The translations under genes were made by a program, and so were the position numbers. The notes beneath the pieces are model-generated. The model did no database searches. It saw only the letters and a program-made list of their open reading frames with translations, and was not told the DNA's origin. 64,000 nt of DNA from Chrysomallon squamiferum (Eukaryota > Animalia > Mollusca): positions 2,046,001-2,110,000 of the forward strand of contig CM022674.1 of the NCBI GenBank assembly GCA_012295275.1, written 5' to 3'. Positions within the stretch are counted from its first letter, which is position 1; every line of letters begins with the position of its first letter. Shown here piece by piece: positions 56,070-64,000 of the stretch.

Positions 56070-56371
56070 TGACGTCATGGAATAAACCAGGGAAGGTGTT
56101 TGTGTAATTGCGCAAAAAAGGCGAAAAAATCTCCCCGTCTTGGCACCGCGCCTGTAGAAATGACCAAAGCAAGTCTGCGAACTGAATACACACACACACT
56201 CAGATCGACGTGTAGAAAGGACCGGCGAAAGTCTAGGCCTGTCTCGGCACAGATGGCGACTTGCATGTGGCCGATAGAAAACGTGTCGGTAGAGAGAGGC
56301 GAGGAAACACGAACGGTTCAAATTTTACTGGATTTATTATTCGTCTCACAAAGAACAGACACTGAAATTCG
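56070..56371 (+). other. CpG-rich promoter and probable non-coding first exon of an unidentified downstream gene
   Basis: TGACGTCA 56070, TTGCGCAA 56108, AGATGGCG ~56250, donor ttcg|gtaagc at 56371/56372; no coding exon recognised downstream within the window. Confidence 0.5.
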
Positions 56372-56817
56372 GTAAGCGTTTTAAAAATCTTCAATATTTG
56401 TCGCCGGTTTTTTTTTTTTTTAATGATTTACGTATTATGTATGTATTATTTATTATAAATTTTCAGTTGTTGTTTCGTAAGTGAAGTGTTAACTAAACTT
56501 TTTTACTTACGCTTCATCACGTGCTATTGTAGTATAAAACGATTTTTTCTTCTTTTTTTTTTTTCGTTGTTTTTTCACGCTTTTATGGTGGTATTTTTTA
56601 TTTATTTATTTATTTATTTATTTATTTTTTATTATCGGGAATTCAGATTTAGTACCGTGCTATGCAATGTGACAGTGTTATTAATATTAGTTCAGTTATA
56701 ATTTTAAAATAATTATTTAGTGTGTAATGATAAGAGAATTAGTTAATAAAATGATTAAATTATTTTGAGGTTACAACTTCGCAAGAACGAAATGGATAAT
56801 ACTTAATAGATTAATGT

Positions 56818-56867
<50 letters not shown>

Positions 56868-56958
56868 ATAAGCAATGGAATAAACTAACACTGTACCACA
56901 TGAAATTTTCATAGAACGTTCAAAAGGGAATAAATTATAGTACATTGTGGTTACACAT

Positions 56959-57038
<80 letters not shown>

Positions 57039-57389
57039 GTACTTAAAATGNTTTTTAATAATGAAATATTTTACTGTGTAAAACTAACATTCAGATAAGT
57101 TTTAATAATAATACACATTTGAATTAATAATTATGCATTGTAGTTTTAATGTTTGAATGTTTTATATAATATTCATTTGTATTTATGTATAATTATTAAT
57201 TTGAAATGAGATATAATAATAACACTAACATAGTAATATATGTAGTAATAATGATAATGATGATGATGATGATGATATGGATAACACATACATGCACACA
57301 CACACACAGACACAGACACACACACACTTATATAATAATATAAATATATACATACATAAAGAAATATACATATTTTCATATACATTTCC

Positions 57390-57420
<31 letters not shown>

Positions 57421-57745
57421 CATAACACACACATGCAGAAGCAAACACACATTAAATACAGAAACACACACACATACATACAAACATACACACATACATT
57501 ATATACAAAAACAGACACACACACACACACACACACAAACATACGTTATATACAAAAACAAACAGAAACACACACATGAACAAACATATATTATACACAA
57601 AAACACACACACACAGGGAAACACACAGACACACACACATGCAGAAGCAAACATACATTAAATACAGAAACACACACACACATATACACAAACATACATT
57701 ATAGACAAAAACAAACACACACACAGAAACACACACACACACACA

Positions 57746-57819
<74 letters not shown>

Positions 57820-58249
57820 TGTATATTTTTTACACCATATAACATGTTTTTGACACTGTGCCAGTACACAGATTATGCTGTGTACAGCTACTGGATTTGA
57901 TTGACTTGTTTTTCTAATCGCATCATAACTTGCCCTGCATCTCTGCGACAAAGGTTCATGTCCTGTGAAATTAAGATTTTTTTTTTTATCTCTCTGTATT
58001 ACCAGCTTTTCTGCAAAACAACGATTTTTTTTTTGTGTCTGGAATAATAATAAAAAAAAAGATAATAAAATAAAAAAAAAAAGATTTTTTTACTTTAAAT
58101 TGTAATATATTCTTTAGGGCACAATTTATGAAAAAAAAAAAAAAAAAAAAATAAAACAGGAAAAAAAAAAGAATACCAAAAAAAAAAACAGTAAATAAAT
58201 AAAAAAAATAAAGAAGAAAAAAAAAAATAATACTTGTTGAAAATTTATT

Positions 58250-58945
58250 TTAGAATTGGCAGAAATATTAATTTAATAATAAATAGTTGACATTTGTATA
58301 AACAGAACAAAAAAAATTAAAAAAAATTGCCTACTATTAAGTAAGATAATTTTAAGAAATATTTTGGATAAAATTGGCATCAGTAATAGTTAAATGATAA
58401 AATCAAAGTGGCACAATCATGAGGTAAATGATATAACAAATTTGGCATCATTATTAAATGATAATATAAAATTGGCACAATTATTGGATAAATGATAAAA
58501 CTGTCATAAATATTGGATAAACTAATAATAATAGTTGCAGAAAAGAAATGAAACAATAAATACATTTTGAATAATAAAAATATTTGCATTTGATTTAGTT
58601 ATAATACAAAAACAAACAGAACTAATTTTTTTGGTTATTAATTTAATCATGTAATGAAATAGGCATCTTTGACTGCCAAACAGAAAAATTAATATAAGTT
58701 AATAAGTATGAAAATTAATTGTTATCAGTCACAAAAGATGAATCACAAAACACGTGTTACCATATGGCGTTTTGTGATAACATTTGGCATTCATTTTTCA
58801 GCAGAAGATAACAAAAAAATTGGCAGTTAAATATACAATAAAATTGGCACCAGTTTTAAATAAATAATAAAATTGGCACCGGATCTGGCAAAACAATTAT
58901 AAAAATGGCACCTAATTCATTTAAACATTTATAAAATTGGCACCA
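58250..58945 (+). repeat. Degenerate array of AAATTGGCA motifs
   Basis: More than 10 same-strand (a)aattggcaY variants at ~25-35 bp spacing in two blocks. Confidence 0.7.
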
Positions 58946-59209
58946 GTGCGTATTAAACAACTGTAAACATCGTTTATCAAATGAGCTGGAAAAGCTGCAG
59001 TTAATTACTCATAATTCTCATTCTCTGTTTCTTTAGATTTTATTTTATTTCATTTTATTTTTATGTTGTTTTTTTTTTTTTTTTTTTTTTGTTTGTTTTG
59101 TTCTTCATTTACATTCTTGTTTCGCTGTTGCTTTGATCTCTGAATGGTTTGTTTAATGAAAACTGATCAGCAGAGGCTGGCAACAAAATGGATTGCTTTT
59201 GGCAGCCCA

Positions 59210-59223
59210 GTATCCATGGCAAC
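59210..59223. promoter_or_regulatory. RFX X-box consensus match
   Basis: GTATCCATGGCAAC matches GTHNYY-AT-RRNAAC exactly. Confidence 0.45.
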
Positions 59224-59436
59224 AGCTCACACAAAAGTGGTTTTTGAAGGTTTCTAAACTCCACGGCAGGCCATTTTAATACAATTTTGTTTTAATGTAT
59301 CATAATTCCCAGAGATATGGGACGCCTAACATTGGTTTCAGATCGCTGGACAAATGTTGTTGTTTACTGATTTGTGTTTTACAGTTTTAGACCCGAAAGA
59401 TTACATTTACAGTGAATTTCAGAGAGAGAGAGAGAG

Positions 59437-59500
<64 letters not shown>

Positions 59501-59781
59501 ATATATATGAATGTTAAAAATACTGCTATTAAATGTAAAAACTATGTTCAGCTGTTAATGGATTAACTAATTTACATTCATTGCAGATGCATTTAATGGT
59601 ACAGTTATTTCATTTGTATAGATATAATATTGTATAGTTTTAGTTTTAATATGTTTAAGTTTTGCATTTTGTATTTTATGTTCAGTGGTATACATTTTTA
59701 CATTTAATAACATAGTTCACATTTTTTATGGTGAATTATATATAGTATTACTCCCTGAAAAAAAAAAAAAAATATATATAT

Positions 59782-59820
<39 letters not shown>

Positions 59821-60455
59821 AAAATTAAATTAAATTAAAAATAAAACAACATGGATTTGTAGCATGAAATCTTTACAAAATGTTCACCTTCCAAAGAACG
59901 GCACAGTACATACCATAACTTTTAATAAACTAGTATGTGCAGGAATGAGAGATGACTTGACATGTGCACTGCTGCGCAGGGGGGGAGGGGGAGGGGCTGG
60001 ATGCTGAGGGCTGTCACAACAGCATCCTGTGTTCTAAGAGATAAAACGTGTGCTGCATGTGATGAAAATGTATTTTTAGAAAATTAATTTTACACAGCAG
60101 TTCAAGGTGGATGTAAAACATCTGATTTTAATTTTCTGTTTATTTTAGTAAACAGTTTCCACGCACACCTCTTCAAATTAATTTATTGCTGGTTTAATAA
60201 TAAACATTTAAAGTGTATTTCGAATCATATGAGGCAAATAAAGAAAGAGAGAAAAAAAAAAAAAAAAAAAAAAAAACAACCTGCGATGTTATTATATTCA
60301 CATTTATTTTTACTTGCACAAACACAAAGATAAATCAATATATACACATGTAACTTACACAAATACTCACAAACACACTCACTGAAATAAATCTGTAATA
60401 CATGTGTGTATTCATAAATTCACACAAACATGAGATAAATCTGTATGTGTATATA

Positions 60456-60487
<32 letters not shown>

Positions 60488-61636
60488 GTGTGTGTGTGTA
60501 TATATATATACACATACACATATATATACACACAATACATACAACATATACACACATACACACACACACACATACTATATAGATACATACACACAAATAC
60601 ACGAACATATAACCTACACATACATATATGTGCATACAAAGTTTAGCATTCTGATGTAAAAAAAAAAATTTGACTTTTACAAGAGCATTTTCTTTGAGCG
60701 TGAATCTACATGAATATTCAATAACTTTGTAATCTCCACAGAGTAATAAAATTGAAATGTTTTGTATAATGAGACAAGCATAACATTTCAAACTGGAAGT
60801 CAAACATTTACTTAAAGACTACACAGATAAAGTTAATGCAACCACCTGATAAGCTACATTTTTTTTTTTTTTTGACTAGCAGTAAAGGATGTTAAATTTA
60901 CACCTTCCCATGGGTGGGAATATCGGATATTTAAAGTTTAGGGTAATCGATATGGTCGTAATGGAGCTCTGTCTAGATTGAGATATCAAGTAAAAATAGG
61001 ACTGAAGAGGATTGAACCAGTGTCCTGTCATACTTCATAATGTATAATCATTGAGATAAGTTTAGCCTATGTGTTAACAAGTAACATGTTCAAGTATGCC
61101 TGTAATGTACATACTCAAAAGAGCCAGTTAATAACATTCTCAAGTATTTGTATAATTTACAAGATAAAAAAAAGAATGAAAGTTATGTACTCAAATTGGT
61201 TTATAAGTTTAGAACTGAAAGGTTAATTAGCACAAATTCTAAAGTATTTGTATAATTAACATCATTACAAGGGTTAATATATGAACATAGTCAAGTTTGT
61301 TTTTAATTCAATGAAAAAGAATTAATGATAACATTCTGAAATCTGTCCCTATAAAGATTAATATACGACATGCTTTAGGTTTTGTACAATTTACATGATT
61401 AAAAGTGTTCATATATATTTGATATCTCTGTAGAAACTGCAGGACTGAAAAGGGTTAATATAATACTCTGACAGTTTCAAGCATGTGTATCACTTAAAAA
61501 GAAACAAACTTCAAACAAAACTGATTATAAACTTTTTTTTTTTTTTTTCAAACAAATTCTTGAGCATGATTCTAAGTAAATATTAATACTGTTTTCATTA
61601 TGTTTGCTTGTGAAGAAGAATGTGTATTAATACCTA

Positions 61637-61677
<41 letters not shown>

Positions 61678-61849
61678 TGAAATGAAGAGAGGGTATTAAA
61701 TGTGATACTTCCTGAAGCCATTCTAAGAGACAAGAAACCTGAAAAGAAACTGATGCCACAAATCTAATAAAAAAAAGAAGCCACATATTGGAGTGCAGTG
61801 TAGATGTGTGTGTGTGTGTGTGTGTAAGTGTGTGAGTGTGTTTGTGTGT

Positions 61850-61910
<61 letters not shown>

Positions 61911-62174
61911 TGTGTATGTGTGTGTTCAGGTGTGTTTTTGTGTGTGTTGAGTTTGATTTGAATTTGTGTGGAAATGTTTTATAAGTGTGTATGTATGTAT
62001 GTGTATGTGTAAAAGTATGTTTATATATATATATATATACACACACAAATATATACATTTTTGTATGTGTACAGGTGTGTGTATATCTGCATATGTTTAT
62101 TTGTGTTTAAATGTATCTATGTATATATTAATATATGAATACATGTAAGGTTTATGTAACCATGTATTTCTTGT

Positions 62175-62235
<61 letters not shown>

Positions 62236-62485
62236 ATCTCTAACCCACACAATAAAGATGAATAAAACACCCTAACAGCAATGAGCAGTTTTATGGACCA
62301 TACCTCACACACACAGACACACACACAGACACAGAGACACACAGAGAAACAGACGCACACACACAGACATACACACATATATACACACACACAGACACAG
62401 ACACACACACACAGACACACACACACACACACAGACACACACACAGACACACACAGACACACACACACAGACACAGACACACACA

Positions 62486-62534
<49 letters not shown>

Positions 62535-62991
62535 ACACAAGGCACACACACACACTCATACACACACACACACACACACACAAGACACAGACATTTATGA
62601 CATTCAGAAGAACATTATTAACTCGATTCCGTCTGCCGAGTGTCAGTGGTTAGTGTTGGATTATGGACTGCGAGAGATGATTTTAAATGTGAGTTATGAC
62701 ACTGATGAAAAATGATGGCTGCATAACAAGTGATCAATATTGTACGGCGAGGACTGGAATGGTCATGTTTTCAGATGGCTCGGTGTTTATGTTCTGTGAT
62801 CCTGGATGGTGATTGATGTTAGCTGCACTACATTAAGTAGCAATTGGTAATCTGCAGGGCTGGAATTTTATGAGTGAATGGTAAAAAAAAAAAAAGTTAA
62901 ATATGTAAAAAAAAAAAAAAAAAAAAAAAAGAAAATGATAAATTGAAATATTAGAGAGAATGGGAAAAAACGGTTTTAGAGAGAGAGAGAG

Positions 62992-63044
<53 letters not shown>

Positions 63045-63167
63045 AAGAAGAAAGAGAAAAAAAAAAAAAGAGAGACAAAGAGAGAGACAGTGACAAAGAA
63101 AAAAGGGAGAAAAACAGAGAGAGAGAAAGAGAAAGGGAGAAAAAAGACAGAGAGAAAAAGAGAGTGA

Positions 63168-63199
<32 letters not shown>

Positions 63200-64000
63200 A
63201 AGAATGAATAAGATAGAAAGAGACAGACAGAGAGAGAGAGAGACAGACAGAGAAAGAGAGAGAGAGGGAGAGAGAGACATAATACACATTGGAGAATTTA
63301 AACCATAATGAGTTGATGGATTCGCACAAAAATGAACCGATGTGCTATTTATCTACTGTTTGTTTCTTTCAGTGCAGATACGTCAGGAGAAATAAACTGC
63401 GTCTATCATGGTTTCACGTCCCCAGAGACACCCAAACTGTTTTCCTGTCACTGTTAATATTGTCATTATTATTTATGCAAGAAAATCTTCACAGATCCAT
63501 GAACAGATACGTTATCTAACAGGAATACAAATTAAAATGAAAAAAAGGAAATTCATTCAGACATTTTTATTTTTATGGTCCGTGTGGAATTTTCATTAAA
63601 TCATTCTTAAGAGCAATATATCTCTCATAGGGTTTATCTTGCGTGTGAATCCATTTTCAATAATTTATGCTTCTAGCATAGAAAATGTTCAAAAAAAAAA
63701 AAAAAATAGATTGATGTGAAATCCCACTGGGTATCTCTGCTGTTTTATTTTTATTACATACTTTTTTCATTATGCAATAATGATGATGGTGATGATGGTG
63801 ATGATAATAGTAGTAGTAGTAGCAGTAGTAGCAGTAATAATAAAAAGTAATAATAAGAAGAATTGTAAATATGTAATTTTCCTATTCAGTTATGCAAATT
63901 AAAAGAGATAAAATATGAGATAAATATCTGGTTAAAAATAAATTTTTGTTTTTAATTTTTATAAGAATAGAGCCAAGTTTCAAGATATATATATATATCC

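Noticed and set aside
57051-57051. Single N base
   Set aside because: Assembly ambiguity rather than a feature; it supports caution about local consensus quality.
60905-60920. Palindrome TTCCCA-TGGG-TGGGAA resembling paired Su(H)/CSL sites
   Set aside because: Spacing and orientation do not fit the paired-site architecture; a short palindrome is expected by chance.

Overview
AT-rich, microsatellite-dense animal genomic DNA with GT-AG introns. A lophotrochozoan/mollusc-like origin is an inference. Four gene units were reconstructed by hand from splice sites and reading frame. (1) + strand 745-25956: the last 28 coding exons (~1107 aa visible, N-terminus upstream of the window) of a P5B-type ATPase, ATP13A3-like. 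(2) - strand 38768-29574: an LRRC34-like gene, convergent with the ATPase; two of its internal exons are still recognisable but broken by stops and frameshifts and blended with neighbouring minisatellite motifs. (3) Two near-identical, convergent tRNA-Ala(AGC) genes, one 25 nt inside an intron. (4) A cluster of three 3-exon genes for small secreted 10-Cys beta-microseminoprotein (PSP94/MSMB)-like proteins at 40.5-49 kb; the middle gene is bracketed by a 51-bp inverted repeat containing AP-1 sites and has a shifted first intron. 49-64 kb shows no protein-coding exon, only CpG-retaining regulatory-looking DNA and a probable non-coding first exon ending at 56371. The most unusual pattern is tandem duplication of exon/intron junctions, including a ~20-copy minisatellite of a complete 3' splice site, plus exons apparently overwritten by adjacent minisatellites. 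The overwritten exons could be real or assembly-consensus artefacts; raw reads are needed to decide. Most ORFs in the supplied track are microsatellite artefacts.
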